From Octopus sinensis (taxonomy: Eukaryota): a stretch of 64,000 nucleotides of DNA. The stretch covers positions 194,432,001 to 194,496,000 of the forward strand of contig NC_042997.1 of NCBI RefSeq assembly GCF_006345805.1, read 5' to 3'. Shown one piece after another: positions 1-10,329 of the stretch. The translations under genes and the position numbers were made by a program. Under the pieces are notes generated by a model that did no database searches, was not told the DNA's origin, and was given only the letters and a program-made list of their open reading frames with translations. Position 1 is the stretch's first letter; the number at the start of each line of letters is the position of its first letter.

Positions 1-255
1 ATATATAGGGAGAGTTACGAAAAAAAACAAAAGACGAAGACAGGTGGTGTACAAAACAAACAGATGTATTAGTATAACGCTCAGGAATAGAAAAAGTCTT
101 TTACATTTCGAGCCTACGCTCTTCTACAGAAAGGGACACAGAAAAAACAAGGAGAGAAAAAAAATGTGTGTAGTAGTGGCTACCGATCTATCATGGCGAT
201 ATGTATATATATATATACATATATGTGTGTGTGTGGTTGGTATATTTTTTTGATA

Positions 256-629
256 GTGGGGGTGCAATGGCCCAGTGGTTAGGCTAGTGGACTCGTGGTC
301 GTAGTATCACGGTTTCAATCCCCAGACCATGCATTGTGAGTGTTCATTGAGCAAAAACCCCTAAAGCTCCACAAGGCTCCAGTGGGGGTGGAGGACGAAC
401 CCTGCTGTACTCTTTCAGCACAACTTGCCCTCACTCTTTCTTCCCGTTTCTGTTGTACCTGTATTTCAAAGGGCCGGCCTTATCACACTCTGTGTCATGC
501 AGAATCTCCCCGAAAACTACATTAAAGGTACACATGTCTGTGGAGTACTCAGCCACATGCACATTAATTTCATGAGCAGGCTGTTCTGTTGATTGGATCT
601 GCGGCGTTGTAACCGACAGAGTGCCGCAA
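256..629 (+). mobile_element. tRNA-derived SINE, group A, full length
   Basis: tRNA-like head (tggcccagtggttagg A-box, ggtttcaatccc B-box) and a central domain shared with 54793-57490. Perfect 12-bp target-site duplication ATTTTTTTGATA at 244-255 and 630-641. Confidence 0.85.
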
Positions 630-926
630 ATTTTTTTGATAACATAATTGGTTAAATAGGATGATGTCTATATTACAATAACCAATAATATGTTGTGCAC
701 GTATAGTAATATTACGATCATGAAATTAGCATCAGCTTATCTCACTCTTTCTCATGGAACCTCTAGGAACCTTTTGCAGAACCCTTGGGTTGTAGGAAAT
801 CCTAGTTGAGAAACGCTTCTTTATATATATATATAATATTAATTAGAGACAAAACCACTATTTTGAAAAACAAACAAGGAAAGACTTAATCAATACATAA
901 AATTTTAATAAAAAGTAAAAAAACCA

Positions 927-970
927 CCACTACAATTGTTTCATGTCTTCTAATGACAATCTTCAGGTGG
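927..970 (-). ncRNA. Minimal type I hammerhead ribozyme motif (inverted copy)
   Basis: Exact reverse complement of 1032-1075. Confidence 0.65.
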
Positions 971-1031
971 ATTTCCGATTTTCAAATCAGTTTCAATTTA
1001 ACTGATTGAAACTGATTTGAAAATCGGAAAT

Positions 1032-1075
1032 CCACCTGAAGATTGTCATTAGAAGACATGAAACAATTGTAGTGG
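1032..1075 (+). ncRNA. Minimal type I hammerhead ribozyme motif
   Basis: ccac [stem I] CTGAAGA t tgtc-attagaa-gaca t [stem II] GAAA c-aatt-g [stem III, palindromic CAATTG] TA gtgg [stem I']. Predicted cleavage after GUA at 1071. The 10.1-11.1 position is a non-canonical U.U. Confidence 0.65.
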
Positions 1076-1459
1076 TGGTTTTTTTACTTTTTATTAAAAT
1101 TTTATGTATTGATTAAGTCTTTCCTTGTTGTTTTGCAAAATAGTGGTTTTGTCTCTAATTAATATTATATAATATTTTACTATAAAATGGATTTAATCCT
1201 AATCTGATTTTTTCCCTGTAAATTTGGATTTATTCCCTAATATTTATTATTATATATATATATATATATATATTACGATCATGAAATTAGCATTAGCTTA
1301 TCTCACTCTTTCTTGCGGAACCCTTAGGAACCTTTTGTGGAACCCTAGGGTTCTGGTTGAGAAACGCTGACTGGGATTAATGTAATCAACTTAACCCCTT
1401 TCTGCCAAAATTGCTAGCCTTGTGCCTAAATTATTAGCATGCCAGGCAAAATGCTTGCT

Positions 1460-1847
1460 CTTTTACATGTTTTAGCCATTTGACTGTGGCCATGCTGGAG
1501 CACCACCTTTAGTCAAGCAAATCGACCCCAGTACTTATTCTTTGTAAGCCTAGTACTATTGGTCTCTTTTGCCAAACTGCTAAGTTTTGGGGACATAAAC
1601 ACACCAACATCGGTTGTCAAGTGATGGTGGTAGGGGCTAAACACACACATACAAACACACTCACACACACACATATATATATATGATGGGCTTCTTTCAG
1701 TTTCCATCTACCAAATCCACTCACAAGGTTTTGGTCGGCCCAAGGCTATAGTAGAAGATACTTGCCCATGGTACCACACAGTGGGACTGAACCCGGGATT
1801 ATGTGATTGAGAAGCAAGCTTCTTTCGACACAGCCACACCTGCGCCT
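1460..1847 (-). mobile_element. tRNA-derived SINE, group C (internal CA/TA microsatellite, RTE-like tail)
   Basis: The minus strand reads a tRNA-like head (aggcgcaggtgtggctgtg...gggttcagtccc), a central microsatellite and the tail ...ggtgctccagcatggccacagtcaaatggctaaac. Matches many other copies in the window. Confidence 0.85.
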
Positions 1848-1849
1848 AG

Positions 1850-2015
1850 TGGAATTTCATCCATCTTTACATTCCGAGTTCAAATTCCACTGAGGTCAAC
1901 TTTTGCCTTTCATCCTTTCGGGGGTCCTTAAAATAAGAACCAGTTGAGCACTGAGGTCAATGTAATCGACTTACCCCTTCTCCCCGAATTGCTGGCCTTG
2001 TGCCAAAATCTGAAG
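1850..2015 (+). mobile_element. tRNA-derived SINE, group B, partial
   Basis: gagttcaaattcc...gaggtcaactttgcctttcatcctttcgggg core shared with the other group B copies. Confidence 0.75.
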
Positions 2016-2209
2016 CCGATATATTTAGCAAGGCATAATTAACATTCTTGAATTTCAGTTGAGGTCATTTACACCTCTCACTTGCAATGTCTTCATATCT
2101 TGGCAGTAAAATCTTTCTCTCCCCCTCTCTCTCCCCCCACATGCATGAAATTCCATATTCTGTTCAACCACATTACTATATGAAAAGAACTTTCTATGCT
2201 ATTCTGCAG

Positions 2210-2294
2210 TTTCTCAATGGAGGCATTAATCGCGGGACAGACAGTTTGTCTTCGACATTGACATTTAAATGTAACAGAGCCCACCCTTCACTTG
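2210..2294 (+). CDS. Candidate upstream exon of the coiled-coil gene (not phase-linked)
   Basis: Non-repetitive, with acceptor tattctgcag and donor g|gtatga. One open frame (FLNGGINRGTDSLSSTLTFKCNRAHPSL). I could not join it in frame to 4395 using strong splice sites. Confidence 0.25.
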
Positions 2295-2515
2295 GTATGA
2301 CCACAGAAAATTTCCCCCCCACTCTCTCTTTCTTTCTCTCTCTCTGTTTATCTATCTGTTTCTCTTTCTCTCTCTCTTCCTTTACAAAGTCTAACAACAG
2401 ATAAAAGAAAGGCCTGGACAAACTGTGTGACAGAATGTTTTACCAGGAATGTGACATAAACAAATGTAGGACCCAATCTTCAGTGATGAGGTTATAAGAA
2501 ATAGATCACCATGCT

Positions 2516-2792
2516 CACCGCCATCGTCATCACCACCACCACTATCATCATCATCACCACCACCATCATCATCACCATTATCATCACTACTACCACCACC
2601 ATCATCATCATTATCATCATCATCACCACCATCATCATCACCATTATCATCACTACTACCACCACCATCATCATCATTATCATCTCCATCACCACCACCA
2701 CCATCATCATCATCACAACCACCACCATCACCACTATCATCATCACAACCACCACCATCATCATCATCACCACCACCATCATCATCATCATT
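2516..2792. repeat. Compound (CAT/CAC/ACC)n microsatellite
   Basis: Directly visible trinucleotide run. Confidence 0.95.
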
Positions 2793-2968
2793 TTAATGTT
2801 CCCATTTCCATGCATGGGTTGAAAGCAGTTTGTTGAGGCAGATTTTCTACAACTGGATGCCTTTCCTGTTGCCGATCCTTACCCTGTTCCAAAGTAAGGT
2901 AATATTTCCCCATGACCAGACATGTTATTCATGGAAGACTGGAAACAAAGGACACCGTTCTCATGACA

Positions 2969-3001
<33 letters not shown>

Positions 3002-3179
3002 ATGTATATATATGACGGGCTTCTTTCAGTTTCCATCTACCAAATCCACTCACAAGGCTTTGGTCGGCCCTTGGCTATAATAGTAGGCATTTGCAGAAGG
3101 TGCCATACAATAGCTCTCAATCAGAGACTATGAGTTTGGAAAGGAAACTTCTTAGAATTACTACCACATACACAGACAC

Positions 3180-3435
3180 ACATCATCGTTTAACGTCCAC
3201 TTTCCATGCTAGCATGGGTTAGACGAATGACTGAGGGCTAGCGAACCAGATGGCTGCACCAGGCTCCAATCTTGATCTGGTAGAGTTTCTACAGCTGGAT
3301 GCCCTTCCTAACGCCAACCACTCTGAGGGTGCTTTTTAGTGGGTGCTTTTTACGTGCCACTGGCACGGGGGCCAGTCAGGCGGTACTGGCAGTGACCTCG
3401 CTCAAATCTTTTACACATGCCACCGGCACAGGTGC
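3180..3435 (-). mobile_element. LINE-tail-related retroposon with (GAT)n tail, partial
   Basis: Reverse complement of 7555-8152 (ctggatgcccttcctaacgccaacc motif, catcatc tail). Confidence 0.7.
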
Positions 3436-3504
3436 CAATAAACACACACATGCACATATACAAAAATATGCCCATTACACATGAATGGAACATATACAGA
3501 TATA

Positions 3505-3900
3505 TGGATGTATGGTTAAGAAGCTTGCTTTGCAACTACAGGGTATCAGGTTCAGCCCCACTGTGCGGCACCTTGGACAAGTGTCTTTACTATAGCCCTG
3601 GGTCAACTTCAGGGTGAATTTGGTTGACAGAAACTGTGTAGAAGCCTATTATATATGTGTGTGAGTGCATGTATGTGTTGTGTTTGTGTTTGTTCCCCCA
3701 CATACACACTGCTTGGAAAACTGGTGCTGGTTTGTTTACATCCTTGTAACTTAGCTGTTTGGCAAAAGAGAGCAACAGAATAAGTACCAGACTTCAAAGA
3801 AAATAAGAACTCGGTCAATTTGTTCGACTAAATCCAAGGTTGTGCTCCAGCATGGCCGTTGCTGTCAATGATTGAAATATGTATAAGCTGAAGGTGAAAG
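3505..3900 (+). mobile_element. SINE group C, diverged
   Basis: Head tggttaagaagcttgc...ggttcagcccc...ggcaccttggacaagtgtct and tail gtgctccagcatggcc. Confidence 0.75.
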
Positions 3901-3969
3901 AAGATACATATACACACATATATACACAGTCGTGTACATAGAGAAAGAGAAAATGAAGAACAAGGAATA

Positions 3970-4325
3970 CCAGCACCACCACCATCACCATCATCATCAT
4001 TATCCCCATCACCAACACTATCACCACCACCACCACCACCATTATCATTACCATCATCATCATCACCACAATCACCACCACCATCATCACCACCATCATC
4101 ATTGTTGTCATCATCATCATCACCACCACCACTATCATCATTATCACTGTCTTCATTATGATTATCTCTGTCACCACCACCACCATCATCACCACCCACC
4201 ATCCCCACCACCACCACCACCATGATCCCCATCATCACCACCACTATCATCATCATCATCATCACCCATAGCCACCACCTTCACCACCATTACTACAACA
4301 ACAACAAACAAACAAACAAACAAAC
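3970..4325. repeat. Compound (CAC/CAT)n and (CAA)n microsatellite
   Basis: Directly visible. Confidence 0.95.
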
Positions 4326-4394
4326 TGAAGCATCACTTTGCTAGTTTTCCGTCTGCCTCCTCTCTTTAACCTCATCAATAAACAATTTTTTCAG

Positions 4395-4454
4395 AATCAA
4401 TCAACAATTGGAAAGAAATCAACTGGAAATCCAGAGAGAGAAACTTCAATACAA
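4395..4454 (+). CDS. Internal exon of an unidentified coiled-coil protein gene (INQQLERNQLEIQREKLQYK)
   Basis: Acceptor ttttttcag, donor gtaaga, phase 2 to phase 2. Joins 5507 in frame (aa|g = Lys). Confidence 0.8.
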
Positions 4455-4570
4455 GTAAGACATTATTAACATCTTCACAATTTCTCTCGGTCAAACGTTG
4501 GCATTGCTGCTGCCATAGTCATTATCACTGTTGCTGTTGTTATTATTACTGCTGCAGTTGCTGTTGTTGT

Positions 4571-5175
4571 TAAGCAACAAGAAGGGTAAGGGTGTTTAGG
4601 TGATGGCCTAGGGCTTAGGAGCAGGAGACCCCAGACCTTGGAAAAAAAAAACTTTGGTCGTCTTGTAGTCGAGGGCTCTTCGTAGACGCCCGACACCACT
4701 GAGAGGTGGCCCTCGAAGTCGCTGGAAATGGAGATCTCCAGGTCAAATTCTTGGATTGCTGCTGCTGCTGTTTGTTTGTTGAGCAAAGCGGTCTTCGTCC
4801 CAGAGCTCGCAAGATCGCGCCTCATGATTGTATGTAGTGGGAGAAGTCCGAAACGTGGTCCTTTGCTATTTGTAAGACCCGCAGAAGAGAAAGCAGGTCA
4901 ACGCCCCCCGATACCGAGAGCATCGACAGATGGATGAATGCACATCCAGGCTCAGCGGTTGCGTAGGAAGTCGGAGACAAGAAACAAGAAGAAAGAGTGA
5001 GAGAAAGTTGGAGCGAAAGAGTACAACAGGGGTTGCCACCACCCCATGCCGGAGCCTTGTGGGACTTTAGGTGTTTTCGCTCAATAAACACACACAACGC
5101 CCAGCGTGGGAATCGAAACTGCGATCCTCCGACTGCGAGTCCGCTGCCCTAACCATTGGGCCATTGCGCCTCCAC
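4571..5175 (-). mobile_element. Long (~600 bp) tRNA-headed SINE: group A head plus a distinct GC-rich body and (CAA)n tail
   Basis: tRNA-like head at ~5100-5175. Perfect 25-bp flanking duplication ttactgctgcagttgctgttgttgt (4546-4570 and 5176-5200). Second copy at 53859-54532. Confidence 0.85.
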
Positions 5176-5289
5176 TTACTGCTGCAGTTGCTGTTGTTGT
5201 TGCTGCTGTTACAGTTGTTATTAATGGTTTTGCTGCCATAGTCATCATCACTGTTGTTGTTGTTGCTGCTGCTGCTTTTTCTCCTTCTT

Positions 5290-5458
5290 CCTCCTCTCTT
5301 ATTCTTATTATTATTATTATTATTCTCTTCTTCTTCATCCTCTTCTTCTTCGTCTTCTTATTCTTCTTCTTCTCCTTCTCTTTCTTCTTCTTCTTCCTCT
5401 TCTTAGTCTTCTCCTTCTTCTTCTTTTCCTTCTTCTCTTTCTTCTTCTTCTTCTTCTG
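5290..5458. repeat. (TTA)n/(TTC)n microsatellite
   Basis: Directly visible. Confidence 0.95.
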
Positions 5459-5506
5459 TCCGTCCGTCCGTCCATCCATCCATCCAATGTTTCTGATTTT
5501 CTTCAG

Positions 5507-5597
5507 GCAACAATTAGAAGAAATCCTGGAACAATCTAGAAACGAGAAACAACTGATGCTGAGAGAACAGAACAGTTTACAAGAGAAACTAAATAAA
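5507..5597 (+). CDS. Internal exon of the coiled-coil gene (QQLEEILEQSRNEKQLMLREQNSLQEKLNK)
   Basis: Acceptor ttttcttcag, donor gtcagt, phase 2 to phase 0. Composition is heptad-like and rich in E/Q/K/L. Confidence 0.85.
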
Positions 5598-6220
5598 GTC
5601 AGTGTTTTTTATTTAAATTATTGCATTTTATTGATATGTGTTGTTATTGTTGTTGTTGTTTATGATGATGCTGTTGTTGTTGTTGTAAGGCCCTTGGTCC
5701 GTTCTGTTCCAGCAGACATGTGCCATGATGTTATGGCTTTCTAGTAAGCTATCATGATAGGCACATTGTCATCATCAACATCACCTTCAGTGTTGCCATT
5801 ATCATCATCTTCATTATAATCATCATCATCAACAACACTACCACCACCACCACCATCATCATTTTCATCATCATCACCACCATCATCATCATCATTACCA
5901 CCTCCACTACCACCATCATCACCACCGCCATCTTATTTAGTCGTGCTGTTTTGAATTAATCCTGCATTATCTCACAGCTTCTAGATTTTGATGATGGTGG
6001 CTGTTTACTTTTCGAATGACATTGTGGGGTAGGCGTGAGAGGCTGGCTCTGGCTGGTTTGAAGATAAAACAACTAAAATGTAAGGACTGGATGTGGCTGG
6101 TTTAAATGGTCAAACGGTTAAAGCTGTGCCTCAGCATAGCTATAGGTCAATGACTGAAACCAATACATGAGGAAGATGGTAGAAACAGAAGGCATTAATG
6201 CATCTAGTTTTATTACATTA

Positions 6221-6527
6221 CTAGCAGTATCACCCGGCGTTGCTTGGGTTTGTAAGGGAAATAACTATATAAGCATTTTTAGAGAGTTACTTCCCTTATA
6301 TAACCCGAGCAAAAATCATTAAAAATGCGGAAAAAATGATGGTAAATTTTTTTTAAATCGTAGGCTCATCGTAGACACGCACTAATACCCAGAAGGGCTC
6401 AATATGAATGACGACTATAAGATACCCGCTTTTGGTTAAACTGCACCACAAAATGTGGGAGTAGTTAGGAATCTAAATCGGAGGAGACAGAGTCTCACAC
6501 ACACAACTTCAATTTTATATATAAAGA
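6221..6527 (-). mobile_element. Non-autonomous Helitron, family A
   Basis: Minus strand starts A^TCtttatatataaaa and ends with the hairpin cccaagcaacgccggg + 8 nt + CTAG^T. These are canonical Helitron termini at an A^T target with no TSD. Confidence 0.85.
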
Positions 6528-7192
6528 TGTCCTGAGTTCAAATCTCAACTGAGTAATCTCTATTTTAACCCCACCTCACTCCTCACTGAGTGACCATTCT
6601 CATCATCATTTAATGTCCACTTTTCCTTGCTTGCATGGATCAGACAGAATTTTTTGAGGCAGACTTCCTACAGCTGGATGCCCTTCCTGTCACTGACCCT
6701 CATCAGTTTCCATCTATGGTAATATTTTCACCATGACTAGACATGTTTTTCATGGAAGACTGGAAAGAAACAAACTCACTTGTACGATGCTGATGCTCAT
6801 TTATGACCATCACATAATGTCCCGACAAGGAAGGAAGGAAGGATGGATTCATTCATTCATTCATTCATTCATTCATGCATGCATACAGTGGTCTTCTTTC
6901 AGTTTCTGTCTTCCAAATCCATTCAAAAGTCTTTGGTCAGTCCTGGGCTATAATAGAAGACACTTACCTCAGTATTGCACAATGGGATTGAACCAAGGAC
7001 CACATGGTTGGGAAGCCAGCTTCTTAACCACACACCCACACCTGTGCCTGATATTTCAAATTGATGTTTTTTGAATTTGCTTTTTGCTGAAATTAGGCTT
7101 AGTTACAAAGATGGGGAAGAAATTAAATGATGAAATATGTTATGAATTACCAACTAATTTATTAATTGCAAATTAATTTTTTTTTTCTTCAG

Positions 7193-7285
7193 GAGATAGC
7201 AGATCACAAAACATGTTCACAGGATGCAGCAATTAAAATAGCTGAACTCAATGCAGAATTACAAACCCTCAGGGAACTAAGTCTT
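7193..7285 (+). CDS. Internal exon of the coiled-coil gene (EIADHKTCSQDAAIKIAELNAELQTLRELSL)
   Basis: Acceptor poly-T cttcag, donor gtgagt, phase 0 to phase 0, 93 bp with no stop. Confidence 0.85.
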
Positions 7286-7554
7286 GTGAGTAGAGATGTA
7301 CCTTAGAGGTTTTATATCAACTAAATATGTCAAGGGATCATCATCATTATAATCATTATCAACATCATCATTATCTCTTAACGTCTATCTTCTCTGCTGG
7401 CATGGGTTTAGCTAAGATCCAACAGGTCTGAGGACTTTGTTATGTGCTGATGTCTGCTTTGGCATGGTTTTTATGGTTGGATGCTTTTTCTAATGCCAAC
7501 CAATTTATAGAGTGTATTGGGAGCTTTTCTTATGGCACCAGAACTGGAAATATG

Positions 7555-8152
7555 CTGTGCTTGAGAAGTCGCGGTAATCCAAGTAAGACCATAACCTGTG
7601 GCCTATGCCAGGGGTGTAACCATCCCACTTATGCATACCTTTCCTTCATTGGACACTAAACTCTGCTCGCGAAGAGTGAAATCGAAATTGAAATCAAATT
7701 CGATGACTGGCATCCATGCTAGTGGAGCACTAAGAGTACCATCCAGGCGTGATCATTGCGAGAGCAGCTAACTGGTTTCCATGCCCATGACACATAAAAA
7801 GAATCATTCAAGCATGATCATTACCTGTGTCACCTTACTGGCACTTGTGCCGGTGACACATGAGAAAACATTCGAGCGAGGTCATTGCCAGTGCAGGTAG
7901 CACATAAAAAGCACCATTTGAGCGTGGCCATTGCCAGTACCGCCTGACTGGCCCTCGTGCCAGTGGCATGTAAAAGCACCCACTACACTTTAAGAGTGGT
8001 TGGCATTAAGAAGGGCATCCAGCTGTAGAAACTCTGCTAGATCAGATTGGAATGTGGTGCAGCCATCTGGTTAACCAGAGCTTAGCGAAATCGTCCAACC
8101 CATACTAACATGGAAAGCGAACATTAAACGATGATGATGATGATGATGATGA
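7555..8152 (+). mobile_element. LINE-tail-related retroposon with internal tandem subrepeats and (GAT)n tail
   Basis: Ends ...agggcatccagctgtagaaac...catggaaagcgaacattaaac(gat)n. Inverted copy at 3180-3435 and related fragments at ~2800-2960, ~6600-6800 and ~7320-7550. Confidence 0.7.
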
Positions 8153-8269
8153 TTACATTCCCATAACAGAATTAATAAACAAATTAAAATTTTGACACAT
8201 TTACCATCATTGGTCTATTCTTATTATCTATATCTCAAGAATTTAAATTGGGACAATCTTTCTTTCCAG

Positions 8270-8331
8270 AAATTTCCTGATTCCACGAGGGATCATGCTG
8301 AAAATACAAATCCTTCTTCTGCAAGAACCTG
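8270..8331 (+). CDS. Internal exon of the coiled-coil gene (KFPDSTRDHAENTNPSSART)
   Basis: Acceptor ctttctttccag, donor gtatgc, phase 0 to phase 2. In frame with 7193-7285. Confidence 0.75.
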
Positions 8332-8412
8332 GTATGCTATCATTTTTTTTTCCTATTTTAGTAATCTAGTTAATATGTCATTTGATGAAACATTCTTTAT
8401 ACCTCTTATTTA

Positions 8413-8880
8413 TTTTCTTCTTCTTCTTCTTCTTCTTCTTCTTCTTCTTCTTCTTCTTCTTCTTCTTCTTCTTCTTCTTCTTCTTCTTCTTCTTCTTTCT
8501 TCTTCTTCTTCTTCTTCTTCTTCTTTCTTCTTTCTTCTCTCTTCTTCTTCTTCTTCTTCTTCTTCTTCTTCTTCTTCTTCTTCTTCTTCTTCTTCTTCCT
8601 TCCTTCTTCTTCTTCTTCTTCTCTTTTCCTTCTTTCTTTCTTCTTCTTTCTTCTTCTCTTCTTTTCTCTTCTCTTCTTTCTTCTTCTTTTTTCTTCTTCT
8701 TCTCTTCTTCTTTCTTCTTCTTCTTCTTCTTCTTCTTCTTTCTTCTTCTTCTCTTTCTTCTTCTTCTTCTCCTTCTTTCTCTTCTTCTTCTTCTTCTTCT
8801 TCTCTCTCTCTTCTCTCTTCTTCTCCTTCTTCTCCTCCTCCTCCTCCTCCCCCTTCTTCTCCTCCTCCTCCTTCTTCCTT
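8413..8880. repeat. Long (TTC)n/(CTC)n polypyrimidine microsatellite
   Basis: Directly visible, about 470 bp. Confidence 0.97.
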
Positions 8881-8902
8881 GTCGTCATCATCATTATTAT
8901 TA

Positions 8903-9126
8903 AGGTGGTGAGCTGGCAGAATCGTTAGCACGCTGGATGAAATGATTAGTGGTATTTTGCGCTTGTCCTTATGTTCTCGGTTCAAATTCTGCCGAGGTCG
9001 ACTTTACCTTTCATCCTTTTGGAGTTGATAAATTAAGTACCAGTGAAACACTGGGGTCAATGTAATCGACTAGTTCCCTCCAACCCCCACCCGGAATTGC
9101 CGGTCTTGTGCCAAAATTTGAAACCA
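8903..9126 (+). mobile_element. SINE group B with (ATT)n tail
   Basis: aaggtggtgagctggcagaatcgttag head, gcctttcatcc-type core, tail ccaaaatttgaaacc(att)n. Confidence 0.85.
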
Positions 9127-9148
9127 TTATTATTATTATTATTATCAT

Positions 9149-9179
<31 letters not shown>

Positions 9180-9204
9180 ATTATTATTATTATTAATATT
9201 ATCA

Positions 9205-9294
<90 letters not shown>
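9127..9294. repeat. (ATT)n switching to (AAT)n microsatellite
   Basis: Directly visible strand flip near 9255. Confidence 0.95.
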
Positions 9295-9295
<1 letters not shown>

Positions 9296-9520
9296 GGTGG
9301 CGGGCTGGCAGAATCGTTAGACAGAATCGTTAGACCACTGGCCGAAATGCTTAGCAGTATTTCATCCGTTGCTATGTTCTGAATTCAAACTCTGCCGAGG
9401 TCGACTTTGCCTTTCATCCTTTCGAGGTCGATAAATTAAGTACCGGTTGCATAATGAGGTTGATCTAATCGACTAGCCCACTCCCCCAAAATTTCAGGCC
9501 TTGTGCCTATAGTAGAAAGG
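9295..9520 (+). mobile_element. SINE group B with an alternative tail
   Basis: Same head and core; tail cttgtgcctatagtagaaagg(att)n. Confidence 0.85.
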
Positions 9521-9562
9521 ATTATTATTATTATTATTAATATTATTATTATTATTATTATT

Positions 9563-9785
9563 TTGATTCAGTAGTATATCTTTTATAGCGTGCTTTCACT
9601 TCACTACCAAGCGCAGCTCTGTGTGCCTTGGGTATGTGCTGTGATTTGTTGTGATGCTCTGATGGTTATTGTATGGAAAGTGTTCTGCGTAGGATGTGTG
9701 CAGTGCCTAGTAGTGCAATTTTCTGTATGTTATATGTGTTTGTAAGTCCTGGTGTTTTTGTTATGTATTTGTCTGAATATTTTTT
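9563..9785 (-). mobile_element. R4/Dong-like non-LTR retrotransposon 3' end, copy 1
   Basis: Minus strand encodes ...YNIQKIALLGTAHILRRTLSIQ* (C-terminus of a restriction-like endonuclease), followed by a 3' UTR and an (AAT)n tail. Confidence 0.8.
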
Positions 9786-9786
9786 T

Positions 9787-9859
<73 letters not shown>

Positions 9860-10320
9860 GTGATGAAAACTCATAGCTTATTTTGCTGGGTATGATGGAA
9901 AGAGTTAGCTGTCCACAGCCAGCAGACTAAGGTGACAATTGTTTACCGGTCATGCTTCAAGAACCCTGCAAAAAATTATTGCAGTTCCAAGCAATGCTGA
10001 TTTTTGTAGGTGTTCTACCTTCACACTTGCACCAATCTTTTTCAACCATGTTGGTACTTGAGTGTTGATACTTCCAAGTGCACCAATTACTATTGGTATC
10101 ACGTCTACCCTCCTCATTGACCACAACCTTTGTATTTCCCATTTCAAATAGTCAAAGTTGGTAATTTTTTTCTTCTTCTTTCACATTGATCCTGTTGTCA
10201 CATGTTCTTTCTTTTTTATTCCCCACAACAATGTCTGGTCAGGTGATCCCACCGGATCATTGTATCTCACAGGATTTTGCAATTCTCATTTTCGGTGACC
10301 CCTTCTGGGGTTTGCTGATA
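9860..10320 (-). mobile_element. R4/Dong-like non-LTR retrotransposon 3' end, copy 2 (decayed)
   Basis: ORF 9950-10147 MKWEIQRLW...PIVIGALGS...LQKSALLGTAIIFCRVLEA, with upstream EGVTENENCKIL-like sequence. Confidence 0.8.
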
Positions 10321-10329
10321 TTATCATTA

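Larger units (their letters stand above)
830..1255. mobile_element. Penelope-like element remnant: inverted pseudo-LTR pair (arms 830-997 and 1005-1171) plus an unpaired extension to ~1255
   Basis: Near-perfect ~168-bp inverted repeat with a 7-nt loop (ttaactg). Each arm contains a minimal hammerhead motif, a known hallmark of PLE pLTRs. Confidence 0.65.
710..1368 (+). repeat. Diverged ~100-bp direct repeat pair (710-817 and 1271-1368) ending in a hAT-MITE-like terminus
   Basis: tattacgatcatgaaattagc...gttgagaaacgct occurs twice with several substitutions and one deletion, one copy on each side of the palindrome. Confidence 0.7.

Noticed and set aside
256-340. tRNA genes (here and at other SINE heads)
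   Set aside because: A/B-box-like motifs are present, but they continue into SINE bodies with TSDs and lack a clean cloverleaf.
2492-9333. His-, Ile/Thr-, Leu-, Glu/Lys- and Arg-rich ORFs in the ORF track
   Set aside because: Translations of CAT/CAC, TTC and ATT microsatellites; open in several frames and on both strands.
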